Below, piece by piece: positions 54,639 to 64,000 of a DNA stretch of 64,000 bases (position 1 is the stretch's first letter; every line of letters starts with the position of its first letter). This DNA comes from Synechococcus sp. (lineage in GTDB: Bacteria > Cyanobacteriota > Cyanobacteriia > PCC-6307 > Cyanobiaceae): the NCBI GenBank assembly GCA_047285805.1, contig JBJBCN010000003.1, forward strand, positions 608,001 through 672,000. Reading direction: 5' to 3'. A program made the position numbers and the translations under genes. The notes under the pieces were generated by a model, which did no database searches, had not been told where the DNA came from, and saw only the letters and a list, made by a program, of their open reading frames with translations.

Positions 54639-57565
54639 TGGAGTTGAGCGCCTTTGTTCAGCGCCATATCGGTCCGACCCCGGCCGAGCAGCAGACGATG
54701 CTGCGGGACCTGGGACTGGCTGATCTGGAGTCCCTGGTGCGCCAGGTGGTCCCCGAGCCGATTCGCCTCGTGCCCGCCCAGGCTCTTGAGGGGTTGCCCG
54801 CAGGTTGCCAGGAGGCCCAGGCGCTGACGGAGCTGCAGCAGATCGCGGCGGCCAACGAGGTGCGCCGCTCGCTCATCGGCTTGGGTTACTACGGCTGTAT
54901 TACCCCGGCGCTTATCCAGCGTCATGTCTTTGAGAACCCGGCCTGGTATACGGCCTACACCCCCTATCAAGCGGAGATCAGCCAGGGGCGTCTGGAGGCG
55001 CTGCTCAATTTCCAGACCCTGATCAGTGAGCTCACGGGCCTGCCGATTGCCAATGCCTCGCTGCTGGATGAGGCCACGGCAGCGGCCGAGGCCATGGCCC
55101 TGAGCCTGGGGGCCTGCCGCAACCGCAACGCCCGCCGTTTTCTGGTGGATGAAGCGGTCTTCCCGCAGACCTGGGCGGTCCTGGAGACCAGGGCTGAACC
55201 GCTGGAGCTTGTCCTGGAGCGGGTCAATCCCCAGGAGCTGTTGGACCGCCCTGAGGCGTTTAGTGATGCCTTCGGTCTGCTATTGCAGTTGCCCGGCAGC
55301 TCCGGCGCCCTCTGGCACCCCGGGGCCGTCATTGCTGCGGCGTGCGATGCGGGGGTGATCGTGACGGCTGCAGTCGATCCCATGGCCCAGGTGCTGATGG
55401 CGCCGGTGGCCGAACTGGGGGTCGAGATTGCGGTGGGCAGTACTCAGCGCCTGGGAATCCCCTTGGGATTTGGCGGACCCCATGCGGCCTTCTTTGCCAC
55501 TACCCCAACCCACCAGCGCAAGATCCCAGGGCGTTTGGTGGGCCAGTCGGTGGATGCCGAGGGCCATCCGGCGCTGCGCCTCGCCCTGCAGACCCGTGAG
55601 CAGCACATTCGCCGGGACAAGGCCACCAGCAACATCTGCACCGCTCAGGTTCTGCTGGCGGTGATGGCCAGCTTCTACGCGGTGCACCACGGTCCCGATG
55701 GCCTAACGGCGATCGCCCGTCGCTTGGTGTTGTTGCGGGAGTTGCTGCGCCGCGGGCTGGAAACCCTGGGGCACCCCGCCGAGCCAGCGCCTGGCTTGGA
55801 CACCCTGCGGGTGCGCTGCGCCGATGGGGCGGAATTGATTGCTCGGGCGGCGGCAGCGGGCTTCAACCTGCGCCCCGAGACTGACGGGTTTGCGATCAGC
55901 CTCGATGAGCTGAGCGACCTGGAGGAGTTGCAACGGCTGCTCTCCGCACTGGCGGCCCTGCCCCAAACGGCTCCGGATCTGACCCAACTGGAGCACGCCC
56001 TGCTGCAGGAGACCCAGGGCCAGTCCATCGAAGAGCGGCTTTGGGGAACCCTGGTGCCCCGTCGCAGTCGCTCCTGGCTGCAGCAGCCGGTCTTCCACCG
56101 CTACCGCAGCGAGACCGAGCTGCTTCGCTACATCCAGCGGCTGGTCTCTAAGGACTTCTCATTGGTCCACGGGATGATTCCGCTGGGCAGCTGCACGATG
56201 AAGCTCAATGCGGCGGCGGAGCTGCTGCCGGTCAGTTGGCCAGGGTTCGCCGGTTTGCATCCCTTCGCGCCAGCGCACCAAAGCGCGGGGTATCGCCGCC
56301 TGGTGGCGGATCTTGAGCACTGGCTGGCGGCCATCACCGGCTTTGCCGGGGTCTCCCTGCAGCCCAATGCGGGATCCCAAGGGGAATACGCCGGATTGCT
56401 TGTGATCCGCGCCTATCACCGCAGCCGCGGCGACGCGCAGCGCCGGGTGTGCTTGATCCCCACCAGTGCCCATGGCACGAACCCAGCCAGTGCCGTGATG
56501 GCAGGCTTGAAGGTGGTGGCCGTGGCCTGCGACGACCAGGGGAATATCGACCGGGCGGATCTGCAGGCCAAGGTTGAATCCCACCAGCAGGAGCTGGCGG
56601 CCCTGATGGTCACCTACCCCTCCACACATGGGGTGTTTGAAGAAGGCATCCGCGAGATCTGCGCGTTGGTGCATGCGCACGGTGGTCAGGTTTACCTCGA
56701 TGGCGCCAACCTCAATGCCCAGGTGGGCCTGGCCAAGCCCGGTGCGTACGGCGCCGATGTTTGCCACCTGAACCTGCATAAGACCTTCTGCATTCCCCAT
56801 GGCGGTGGTGGCCCGGGCGTGGGGCCGATCGCCGTGGCTTCGCACCTGGTGCCCTTCCTGCCCGGCCATCCCGCCGCGGAGACCTGTGGGGGCGATCAGG
56901 CCATCGGTCCGATCAGCGCGGCTCCCTGGGGCAGCGCCAGCATTCTTCCGATCAGTTGGATGTACATCCGGATGATGGGTGGGGCTGGCCTGCGCCAAGC
57001 CAGTGCGGTCTCCCTGCTGTCCGCTAACTGGCTGGCCCATCAATTGGAGGATCACTTCCCGGTGCTCTATCGCGGCCAATCAGGACGGGTTGCCCATGAA
57101 TGCATCTTTGATTTACGGCCGCTGAAGCGCAGTGCCGGTTTGGAAGTGGATGACCTCGCCAAACGCTTGATGGACTATGGCTTCCATGCCCCTACGGTCA
57201 GTTGGCCTGTCGCCGGAACGGTGATGGTGGAGCCCACGGAAAGCGAGGGGTTGGCCGAGCTGCAGCGCTTCTGCGACGCGATGGCTGCGATCCGTGCAGA
57301 GGCCGCGGCGATTGAGTCGGGAGCGATGGATCCTGAGAACAATCCCCTTAAACGTGCACCCCATACGTTGTCAGCGGTGACGGCGGATGTTTGGGACCGT
57401 CCCTATAACCGTCAGCAGGCTGCTTACCCCCAGGGAGAGGAGGTGCAACAGGGCAAGCTTTGGCCGGCGGTGGCCCGCATTGATAACGCCTTTGGTGATC
57501 GCAACTTGGTTTGTACCTGCCCTTCTGTTCAGGAAATGGCCGTTTCATCGCCAACGGCGGCTTAA
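54638..57565 (+). CDS. gcvP: Glycine dehydrogenase (P protein)
   Basis: [46 protein letters not shown]. Confidence 0.99.
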   Translation: MELSAFVQRHIGPTPAEQQTMLRDLGLADLESLVRQVVPEPIRLVPAQALEGLPAGCQEAQALTELQQIAAANEVRRSLIGLGYYGCITPALIQRHVFENPAWYTAYTPYQAEISQGRLEALLNFQTLISELTGLPIANASLLDEATAAAEAMALSLGACRNRNARRFLVDEAVFPQTWAVLETRAEPLELVLERVNPQELLDRPEAFSDAFGLLLQLPGSSGALWHPGAVIAAACDAGVIVTAAVDPMAQVLMAPVAELGVEIAVGSTQRLGIPLGFGGPHAAFFATTPTHQRKIPGRLVGQSVDAEGHPALRLALQTREQHIRRDKATSNICTAQVLLAVMASFYAVHHGPDGLTAIARRLVLLRELLRRGLETLGHPAEPAPGLDTLRVRCADGAELIARAAAAGFNLRPETDGFAISLDELSDLEELQRLLSALAALPQTAPDLTQLEHALLQETQGQSIEERLWGTLVPRRSRSWLQQPVFHRYRSETELLRYIQRLVSKDFSLVHGMIPLGSCTMKLNAAAELLPVSWPGFAGLHPFAPAHQSAGYRRLVADLEHWLAAITGFAGVSLQPNAGSQGEYAGLLVIRAYHRSRGDAQRRVCLIPTSAHGTNPASAVMAGLKVVAVACDDQGNIDRADLQAKVESHQQELAALMVTYPSTHGVFEEGIREICALVHAHGGQVYLDGANLNAQVGLAKPGAYGADVCHLNLHKTFCIPHGGGGPGVGPIAVASHLVPFLPGHPAAETCGGDQAIGPISAAPWGSASILPISWMYIRMMGGAGLRQASAVSLLSANWLAHQLEDHFPVLYRGQSGRVAHECIFDLRPLKRSAGLEVDDLAKRLMDYGFHAPTVSWPVAGTVMVEPTESEGLAELQRFCDAMAAIRAEAAAIESGAMDPENNPLKRAPHTLSAVTADVWDRPYNRQQAAYPQGEEVQQGKLWPAVARIDNAFGDRNLVCTCPSVQEMAVSSPTAA

Positions 57566-57680
57566 TTTGGGTTTAAATGCTCTTGCGAAGGGAAAGTGCA
57601 GAATTTCTTTCTGCTACTTCCCTTGATTTCCCACCAATATCTGCTGCAACTGCAGGAATCGCTGTAGTTCAAGGGGGCCC

Positions 57681-57932
57681 ATGAACGACGAGACCAAAAT
57701 CACCATCCTCGAAGACCAACAGGGTGTGAAGCTCCCCTCCCTGCAGGGCAGCCTTAATCAGGCAGCGATGACCGGTCAGACCCTGCGGGTTGAAGGCACT
57801 AACGTGGTTCGCGTTCCCTTCGGCGTTCGCCGTCCCCGCCGTGCCCGTCCGGCCCGCCCTGATCATTGGGCCACCGTGGTGCTGCCGTTCCAGGCTGGTG
57901 GATCCACTCCGCCCCCTCCGCAAGCCGCCTAG
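57681..57932 (+). CDS. Small hypothetical protein
   Basis: GQTLRVEGTNVVRVPFG...WATVVLPF; purine-rich upstream. Confidence 0.65.
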   Translation: MNDETKITILEDQQGVKLPSLQGSLNQAAMTGQTLRVEGTNVVRVPFGVRRPRRARPARPDHWATVVLPFQAGGSTPPPPQAA

Positions 57933-58135
57933 TCGGCGTTCTGGCCGAGGCGCCAGTCAATCAACGCTTTGACGTCTTCCACTGAGCGCGCTGGTGCGCG
58001 AAAGGGCAACAGCTTCATGGGGCTGCGCTCGGGCCTGACCATCCAAGACAGGTTCTTTTGCGGGATCAGGACGAAGCCGCGATAGCGAACGATCCAGCGC
58101 TGTGAGGTTGGACTGGGGTTGGTGAGCGCTCCCAT
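57929..58135 (-). CDS. Small hypothetical protein
   Basis: YRGFVLIPQ...W.VRPERSPM..LPFR...DVKALIDWRL. Confidence 0.65.
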   Translation of the reverse strand: MGALTNPSPTSQRWIVRYRGFVLIPQKNLSWMVRPERSPMKLLPFRAPARSVEDVKALIDWRLGQNAD

Positions 58136-58237
58136 CCAGTTGCTGTGACCTCAGAAATTCATTTCAGCCCTTGTGGGGCTGAGCTCCTCTGAATTCAGGT
58201 TTTCTTCCGCTGCAGATCACGAGATCTTGCAGGCAGT

Positions 58238-60067
58238 TCAATAGTTGGCACCGCTGCGGCGCTGGTGGACGGCGGTGGTGGCTTCTCCATCCAGCAGGGC
58301 GCCGGATCCCACCTGGGCGTAGATCAGCCAGTGGTCGCCGCACTCCATGCGCTGTTTGACGCTGCAGTCCAACCAGGCCAGGGCTTCGGGGAGGATCGGC
58401 TGACCGCCGGGGCTCTCCTCGAGATCCAGACCCGCGAAGCGGTCGGCGCCGGGGGCGAAGGGCTTCAGGAACTGCTTCATCAGTCCGCTCTCACGGCCGG
58501 AGGCCAGAACGTTGAGGGCGAAGGAATCGCCGACGTGCAGCAGGGCTTCCACGGCCCGGTCCTTGGCAACGGCCACGGTCAGGCCCGGCGGGGTGAAGCT
58601 CGCCTGGCTGACCCAGCTGGCCACCATGGCGCCGCTGAGTTGGCTTTCGCCACTGCCTTTGCGGGTGGTGAGCACGCAGAGGGACCCGACGACCCGACCA
58701 AGGGCGAGGACGGCGGGGTTGCTGCGGCTTTCGCGGAGGCCGCCACTGCTGGCGCTGCGGCGTTGGGCCTTGCGTTGGGCCGTGATCAAGCTGCGGCCGA
58801 GACCGGTTCCAATTTCCTCGAGGGTTTTGATCGTGGAGGCATCGGGGCTGAACTTCACCCGGATCGGCTCAAAGGCGAACGTGAAGCCGCCGTCCCGCAG
58901 CTTGCTCTCCAACAGATCAATCGCCTCACCACTCCAGCCGAAGCTGCCGAAGACCCCAACGGGTTTTGATCGGTCCCCTTCGGCGAGCACCGTGCCCAGG
59001 GCGGAGACGATCGGAGTCGGGGCATGCCCCCCCAAGGTGGGGGAGCCGATGAGCAGCGCATCGCAACTGCGGATCGTCTCCAGCAGTTTCTCGGCGGGGG
59101 TGAATTCGCAGTTGACGCTCTCGACCCGGACACCGGTGCGGGATACCCCTTGGGCGAGGGCATCAGCGATGGCGGCTGTGTTGCCGTAGGCGCTGGCGAA
59201 GAGCAGGGCCACCGAGAGGCTGGAGCGTTCCTGGGATTCACCCCAGCGGCGGTAATCCACCAGCAGGCTGCGCCAGCTTTCGGCGATGGCGGGACCATGG
59301 CCGGGGGCGATGCAGCGGATGGAGAGCTCATCGAGGCGGTTGAGCACCGCTTCCACTTGGCGGACCATGGGCGCCATCAGGCAGTCATAGAAGTACCGCC
59401 GGTCCTCCTCAGTGCTGCTTCGGTTCGCTTCCGCCCAGTCCTGGATGCAGAGGTGGGCCGAGAAGAACTTGCCGCTCATCAGTAGACCCGTGGTCTCCTC
59501 GAAGGCCATCAGGGCACCGGGCCAGCGCGGGGTTGGCGCCGAGAGCAAGTTGATCGTGTAGCCGTCGGGGCGCTCGATGATGTCCTCGCCCCGTACCACG
59601 GTCAGGGGCGGGAGCGGCAGCATGGCCGGGCCTTCCGGTTCGCCGGCGGGCGTTGGTTTGCGCTGGGCCCAGAGGTCCTGCAGCAGCTTGGCGCCGGGGT
59701 TGGAGGCAATCAGTCGTAGCTTGTCCCAGCGCCGGGCGAGCTCATGCAGCAGGGCAATCCGGTTGGGGTTGACGTGGCTGACGACTACCTGCAGTTCGCT
59801 GCTGCTGGGCACCAGGGCCCCGAGCTGCTCGAGGTAGGGCTCTGCGAAGGAGGCGCCAGGGGGGTGGACCAAGAGCGCGGCGGCGCTGCCGATTTGTTCC
59901 GCCTCTTCACTGCTGGGCATGAACAGAAAGCTGTTGGCCGTCGTGCCGCGCTCCAGGCCGTACTCGACCTCAAAGCGCAGGCGCTTGGGGCTCAGGCCCC
60001 GCAGGCAGACCAGGCCCGGTTCAACCGGAATCTGGATGACCTGGCGTTCTGCGGTGGCGCTGGCCAT
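58238..60067 (-). CDS. flv1: Flavodiiron protein, Flv1 type
   Basis: Lactamase, flavodoxin (SAYGNT) and flavin reductase domains; non-canonical SHVNPNR iron motif. Confidence 0.9.
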   Translation of the reverse strand: MASATAERQVIQIPVEPGLVCLRGLSPKRLRFEVEYGLERGTTANSFLFMPSSEEAEQIGSAAALLVHPPGASFAEPYLEQLGALVPSSSELQVVVSHVNPNRIALLHELARRWDKLRLIASNPGAKLLQDLWAQRKPTPAGEPEGPAMLPLPPLTVVRGEDIIERPDGYTINLLSAPTPRWPGALMAFEETTGLLMSGKFFSAHLCIQDWAEANRSSTEEDRRYFYDCLMAPMVRQVEAVLNRLDELSIRCIAPGHGPAIAESWRSLLVDYRRWGESQERSSLSVALLFASAYGNTAAIADALAQGVSRTGVRVESVNCEFTPAEKLLETIRSCDALLIGSPTLGGHAPTPIVSALGTVLAEGDRSKPVGVFGSFGWSGEAIDLLESKLRDGGFTFAFEPIRVKFSPDASTIKTLEEIGTGLGRSLITAQRKAQRRSASSGGLRESRSNPAVLALGRVVGSLCVLTTRKGSGESQLSGAMVASWVSQASFTPPGLTVAVAKDRAVEALLHVGDSFALNVLASGRESGLMKQFLKPFAPGADRFAGLDLEESPGGQPILPEALAWLDCSVKQRMECGDHWLIYAQVGSGALLDGEATTAVHQRRSGANY

Positions 60068-60305
60068 CAGTAGTGCATCCTCACTTTCTCCTTGAAGACT
60101 GGCGTCTGGGTGGGTTTCAATTGTTTTTCAATTTTCTTGGCCAACATTCAACTTTCTCTTGTTACTGGGAAGGCACGCTCATTATCGGTTCTCGCATGGA
60201 TGGTCTGTTGGATAGGTGTTCAAGGGTTAGCCTGAAAGACTTCGTCTCTGGTGGGGATCAATTTTAAGGCAAACTTTTCTAATTGGTGTTTTGTTGAAAA
60301 AGTAA

Positions 60306-60779
60306 ATGAGCTTCATTCACTCGCTCACTGATTGCCAGTCTACCGAGATTGGTAAAGATACAAAGATTTGGCAATTTTGCGTCATATTGAGAGGTGCTAT
60401 TATTGGGGAGAATTGCAATATATGCTCACATGTCTTCATTGAGAATGACGTCAAAATTGGCAATAATGTGACCATAAAGGCTGGCGTTCAGGTTTGGGAT
60501 GGAATAAATATAGAAAGCAATGTATTCATTGGTCCAAACGTCACGTTTTCAAACGACAAATACCCAAGGAGTATGGTGCATCAAGAGAACTTTCCAAAAA
60601 CAGTTGTTGAAGAGGGTGCGAGTATCGGTGCTAATTCAACGATCTTGCCTGGTATCCGTATTGGCAAGGGCGCAATGATAGGTGCTGGTGCTGTTGTTAC
60701 TAAAGATGTTCCGCCAGGAGTGCTTGTGACAGGTATTCCTGCTCGGGTAGTAAAAATATTGTCCGACCAGTCTTCTTGA
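60306..60779 (+). CDS. Hexapeptide-repeat sugar N-acetyltransferase (WxcM/FdtC-like) on an AT-rich insert
   Basis: [51 protein letters not shown]. Confidence 0.88.
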   Translation: MSFIHSLTDCQSTEIGKDTKIWQFCVILRGAIIGENCNICSHVFIENDVKIGNNVTIKAGVQVWDGINIESNVFIGPNVTFSNDKYPRSMVHQENFPKTVVEEGASIGANSTILPGIRIGKGAMIGAGAVVTKDVPPGVLVTGIPARVVKILSDQSS

Positions 60780-60792
60780 CAAGATTATTTGC

Positions 60793-62532
60793 CTAGTAGT
60801 GGTTCCCTACTTTGCGGTGGTGGACAGCTGTGCGGGCCTCGGTGTCCGAGACATTTCCCTGCTCCACCTCGCCGTAGATGATCCAGTGATCGGGGCCCTC
60901 CATCCGCTGGCTGACGCGGCAGCCGAGGAAGGCCAGAGCATCGCCGAGGACCGGGCCGCCATTGGCGACGCCCTCGAGGGTGTTGACGCCGGCGAAGCGA
61001 TCTGCCCCCGGCGGGAAGCGCTTGAGGAAGTGGCGCATCAGGTCCTGGTAGTTGTCCTCCCGCAGGATGTTGAGCACGAAGCGATCGCCCACCTGCAGCA
61101 GGGCTTCGATGGCCCGGTCCTTGGCGACGGCCACGGTGATGCCGGGAGGATCAAAGCTGGCCTGGCTGACCCAGCTGGCGACCATCGCGGAGGCGCGCTC
61201 CTCCTGGCGGGCGGTCACCACATAGAGGCCTCCAGAGAGACGGCCCAGGGCTTTATCGAGATCGCCATCCAGAGACTTCATGGCCGCGATGGTCTTGGCC
61301 CTGGTCAGTAGTTGACCGAGGTCGGTGCCGGCTTCTTCGCAGCGCTGGTAGTCGTTGCCATCGGGCACCTGCCGCACCCGCAGGGGCTCGAAGGCTTCCT
61401 TCTGGCCCATGCTGCGCAGCTGCGTGGCGACCGCGTCAATCGGCTCGTCGTTGCCGCCGTAGGCGTCGTAGCTGCCGATCCACTGTTTGGGTTTCAGGGC
61501 CGCCAGCAGGGTGCCGATGGAGGCTTGGAGTTCGGGGTCGGGGTTGGCTGGCCAGGTCGGTACGACGACGGCGCTCGCTTCTCCAATTAATGCGCTGAGT
61601 TCCTGGGCGTCGGTGGCTCGCATGTCCACCAGTTGCACCTGGGCTTCAGCTTTGCCGATGCCCCGGGCGATGGCCTGGCTGAGGCGGTCGCAGAATCCGT
61701 ATTGGCTGAGATAGCAAACGGCGGCATAGGCCTCACCTTTGCTGCGATCGCTGCTCCAGTCCTTGTAGTCCCCCATCCAGAGGTTGAGGTGGTGGCGCAG
61801 CAGCGGGCCGTGGCCGGTGGCGATCGTGTTGATGGTGCCCTCAAGGCCATCCATGCGTTTCATCGCCTGGAGGACGCTGCGGGCGTTTGGGCCCATCAGG
61901 CAGTCGTAATAGAAGCGGAAGTCCGGAGCGAGGGCGCCGGGGTCGAGATCGAAGGTGTCCTCGGAGCAGTAGTGCATCCCGAAGGCATCGCAGGTGTAGA
62001 GGATCCCGGTGCCGTGGTCGAAAGAAAAGATCGTGTCCGGCCAGTGCAGGTTGGGAGCACTGAGGAACTCGAAGCGGTGATGGATGCCGCTCTCGGGGTT
62101 GGTGCCCAGGTCGAGTTCATCGCCGCTTTTGACCGCGTGGTTTTTGAAGGGGCGATGAACCTGGTTTTCCAGGAACTGAATCGCGATCTTGGAGCCCACG
62201 ACTTCAATGTCGGGGTTGAGGTCGATGACGTGACCCACCAGGCCGGAGTGGTCCGGTTCGGTGTGGCTGACGATCAGGACATCGATCGCTTTCGGGTCGA
62301 TCTGTTCTTTGAGCCGGTCTAGCCAGGTCCCTTCGAACTTGAGGTGGCTGGTGTCGATTAGGGCGGTGCGCTCACCCCGCACCAGAAAGCTGTTGTAGGT
62401 GGTGCCGTTGCGCAGGCCGAACTCGATGTCGAAGCGGCTGCGGTCCCAGTCCAGGGAGCGGATCGTGGTGGTGTCGCTGGCGATGGCCTCGCACTGCAGG
62501 CTCAGCCGGGGCGTGCTGGCAACGACAGCCAT
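60793..62532 (-). CDS. flv3: Flavodiiron protein, Flv3 type
   Basis: Canonical SHTEPDHS, HWPD, TCDAFG, GHG ligands; C-terminal flavin reductase. Confidence 0.92.
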   Translation of the reverse strand: MAVVASTPRLSLQCEAIASDTTTIRSLDWDRSRFDIEFGLRNGTTYNSFLVRGERTALIDTSHLKFEGTWLDRLKEQIDPKAIDVLIVSHTEPDHSGLVGHVIDLNPDIEVVGSKIAIQFLENQVHRPFKNHAVKSGDELDLGTNPESGIHHRFEFLSAPNLHWPDTIFSFDHGTGILYTCDAFGMHYCSEDTFDLDPGALAPDFRFYYDCLMGPNARSVLQAMKRMDGLEGTINTIATGHGPLLRHHLNLWMGDYKDWSSDRSKGEAYAAVCYLSQYGFCDRLSQAIARGIGKAEAQVQLVDMRATDAQELSALIGEASAVVVPTWPANPDPELQASIGTLLAALKPKQWIGSYDAYGGNDEPIDAVATQLRSMGQKEAFEPLRVRQVPDGNDYQRCEEAGTDLGQLLTRAKTIAAMKSLDGDLDKALGRLSGGLYVVTARQEERASAMVASWVSQASFDPPGITVAVAKDRAIEALLQVGDRFVLNILREDNYQDLMRHFLKRFPPGADRFAGVNTLEGVANGGPVLGDALAFLGCRVSQRMEGPDHWIIYGEVEQGNVSDTEARTAVHHRKVGNHY

Positions 62533-62604
62533 GGGATCACCAGGGGGATGAGTCAACTCTACGGAGCTTCTCCAGCGAGCTGGCTAATGGCCCTTGGTGC
62601 GGCC

Positions 62605-62634
62605 AAAAAAAAGCCCTGACGTGTGGCCAGGGCT
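62605..62634 (-). terminator. Intrinsic terminator after hspA
   Basis: AGCCCTG/CAGGGCT stem with an A-run on +. Confidence 0.75.
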
Positions 62635-62675
62635 CGGTCCCGTTTCTCTCTGGTTGTTGTGATCGTTCTGGTCGC

Positions 62676-63071
62676 TTAGCCCTCCACCTTCACCGAAACG
62701 GTGGTCATGGTTTGGGCCTTGGGGGCGGTGACAAGCAGCAGCCCGTCGCGGTAGTGGGCCTCGAGGCCCTCCCGGTCAATGCCGGAGGGGAAGCGGAAGC
62801 TGCGGCTCCAGGTCCCGTAGCGGAATTCGCTCAGGAGCGGCGCTTGGGTGTCGGCGGCCTCCTCGGGGGCGAGGCGCTCGGCGCTGATGACAAGGGTGCG
62901 ATCGGTGGCTTTGACATCGATCGAGTCACGGTTCACGCCGGGCAGTTCCAAGGTGATGGCGAAGCCAGCCTCGGCTTCACGCACCTCAGCGGCGGGGACG
63001 CGCTCGGCGGTGTGCAGCTGCTGCTCGAGTTGTTCGAACAGATCAAAGGGTGATTGGCGCAGGGTCAGCAT
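62676..63071 (-). CDS. hspA: Small heat shock protein (Hsp20)
   Basis: ELPGV, SEFRYG..SRSF.F, A.Y.DGLL..T.PK; GGAGG RBS. Confidence 0.93.
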   Translation of the reverse strand: MLTLRQSPFDLFEQLEQQLHTAERVPAAEVREAEAGFAITLELPGVNRDSIDVKATDRTLVISAERLAPEEAADTQAPLLSEFRYGTWSRSFRFPSGIDREGLEAHYRDGLLLVTAPKAQTMTTVSVKVEG

Positions 63072-63169
63072 GGCTGTTCCTCCAAGACTTGACTGGGCGG
63101 GGTGTTGCCCGCAACGCCAATGTGGCCCCGCTGAATGAGAAGCAAGAGGGGCGAGAACCGACCCTCCCA

Positions 63170-63227
63170 GTACGGCCCTCACCCCTCGAGTTCGGGTGCT
63201 ACGCCTGGTTTGTCGTGGGGCCCGAAC
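63170..63227. promoter_or_regulatory. GTNCGG / K-box-like motifs upstream of hspA
   Basis: GTACGG at 63170 and GTTCGG at 63190 (+); GTTCGG-GCCC-CACGAC on - (63227-63212). Confidence 0.5.
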
Positions 63228-63233
63228 CGGCGT

Positions 63234-63728
63234 TCAGATCCACCACCAATCGCTGAAGGCCGCCGCCTGGCCGCACGGTCGTCCATCGGGGTCGCTCAGG
63301 CACCAGAGCCGGGCGTTGTGGATCTGAAAGCGCCGGCCCGTGCTGCTGATGCGGATTCCGCTGTAGCCCTCGATCGCTTGTTGCCGCAACGCTTGCTGCA
63401 GCACCAGCGAGCGGCTTTGGTGCTCTTGGGTTTCGGCGGTCAGGCGCGAGGGCATCCCGACCATGGCGCCCCAAGGGCGCTCCCAGACTCGAAGGGCGGC
63501 GGCGTTGGCGTAGGTCAGGCAGGGGTCACTGCTGCCGTCATGGGCCAGCACGACAAGATCCGCTGAAAAGAGTTCCTGGGCCGAAGGGGCCAGGGCTCGG
63601 CCAAAGGCCTGCACGTGGGAGCGGAGGATTAGCTCGGCTAACTGCCACTTCCCCGGGGTAAGCCAGGGGGCTGGTGCTTGCTTGAGTTGTTGCCGCCTCA
63701 GGCGGTGCCGCCGGTCGCTCAGGGGCAC
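63234..63728 (-). CDS. MEKHLA domain protein
   Basis: VLAHD...DP...YAN.AAL..W, MPSRLTAE, YSGIRISSTGRRF.I, GQAA.F..W. Confidence 0.88.
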   Translation of the reverse strand: MPLSDRRHRLRRQQLKQAPAPWLTPGKWQLAELILRSHVQAFGRALAPSAQELFSADLVVLAHDGSSDPCLTYANAAALRVWERPWGAMVGMPSRLTAETQEHQSRSLVLQQALRQQAIEGYSGIRISSTGRRFQIHNARLWCLSDPDGRPCGQAAAFSDWWWI

Positions 63729-63729
63729 C

Positions 63730-63999
63730 TCAGTCGTCCTGGTTGCTGCCGGCCGCCATTGCTGTGGCCATCGCTGTGGCACCGAAGCTGGCCCCCTGGG
63801 CCTTGAGGTGCTCGACGAATTGCTTGCCGGCCTCGGGGAAGCGGCCGTCTTCCGCCAAGGGGATCGCACCGGCTTCATCCAAGCCGGTGTCCCCCTCCAT
63901 AGCCGGAGTGATCACCACCAGGCCGGGATCCAGGGCGGCCCCGTAGCGCCACCAGCGCTTGGGCTCGCGAATGGAGACGGGCGCGGGGTGGGCTTGAGG
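63730..63999 (-). CDS. C-terminal part of an unidentified protein, start beyond the window
   Basis: Frame open to the window edge: ...SIREPKRWWRYGAALDPGLVVITPAM...QGASFG. Confidence 0.6.
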   Translation of the reverse strand, partial: PQAHPAPVSIREPKRWWRYGAALDPGLVVITPAMEGDTGLDEAGAIPLAEDGRFPEAGKQFVEHLKAQGASFGATAMATAMAAGSNQDD

Positions 64000-64000
64000 G

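Noticed and set aside
60073..60267. 64-aa ORF in the AT-rich insert; possible IS element
   Set aside because: No recognisable motif, transposase or terminal inverted repeats.

Overview
GC-rich picocyanobacterial (Synechococcus/Cyanobium-type) chromosome segment, mostly core genes. It carries a nitrogen cluster (partial nirA, siroheme synthesis, ureABCDEFG, urtABCDE, NtcA-like sites), followed by pab/que/pyrG, a group 2 sigma factor, aspS, gcvT, speB/speE, mazG, tRNA-Val(TAC), SulP, valS, ligA, mnmG, dnaB, rplI, two desC genes, gcvH/gcvP, flv1/flv3 and hspA. Three features stand out. (1) A ~2.2 kb integrase-less islet at the tRNA-Val 3' end is bounded by a 35-bp direct repeat. It contains a ~910-nt stretch with no convincing ORF that folds by eye into many nested helices closed by a terminal stem, a candidate large structured ncRNA on the minus strand, plus a divergent small-protein operon. 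(2) An AT-rich ~720-bp insertion carrying a sugar acetyltransferase separates flv3 and flv1 and is flanked by a 7-bp direct repeat. (3) Four genes are disrupted, including dps, which has a heptamer expanded to 7 copies. All calls come from reading the sequence; no database searches or folding programs were run.
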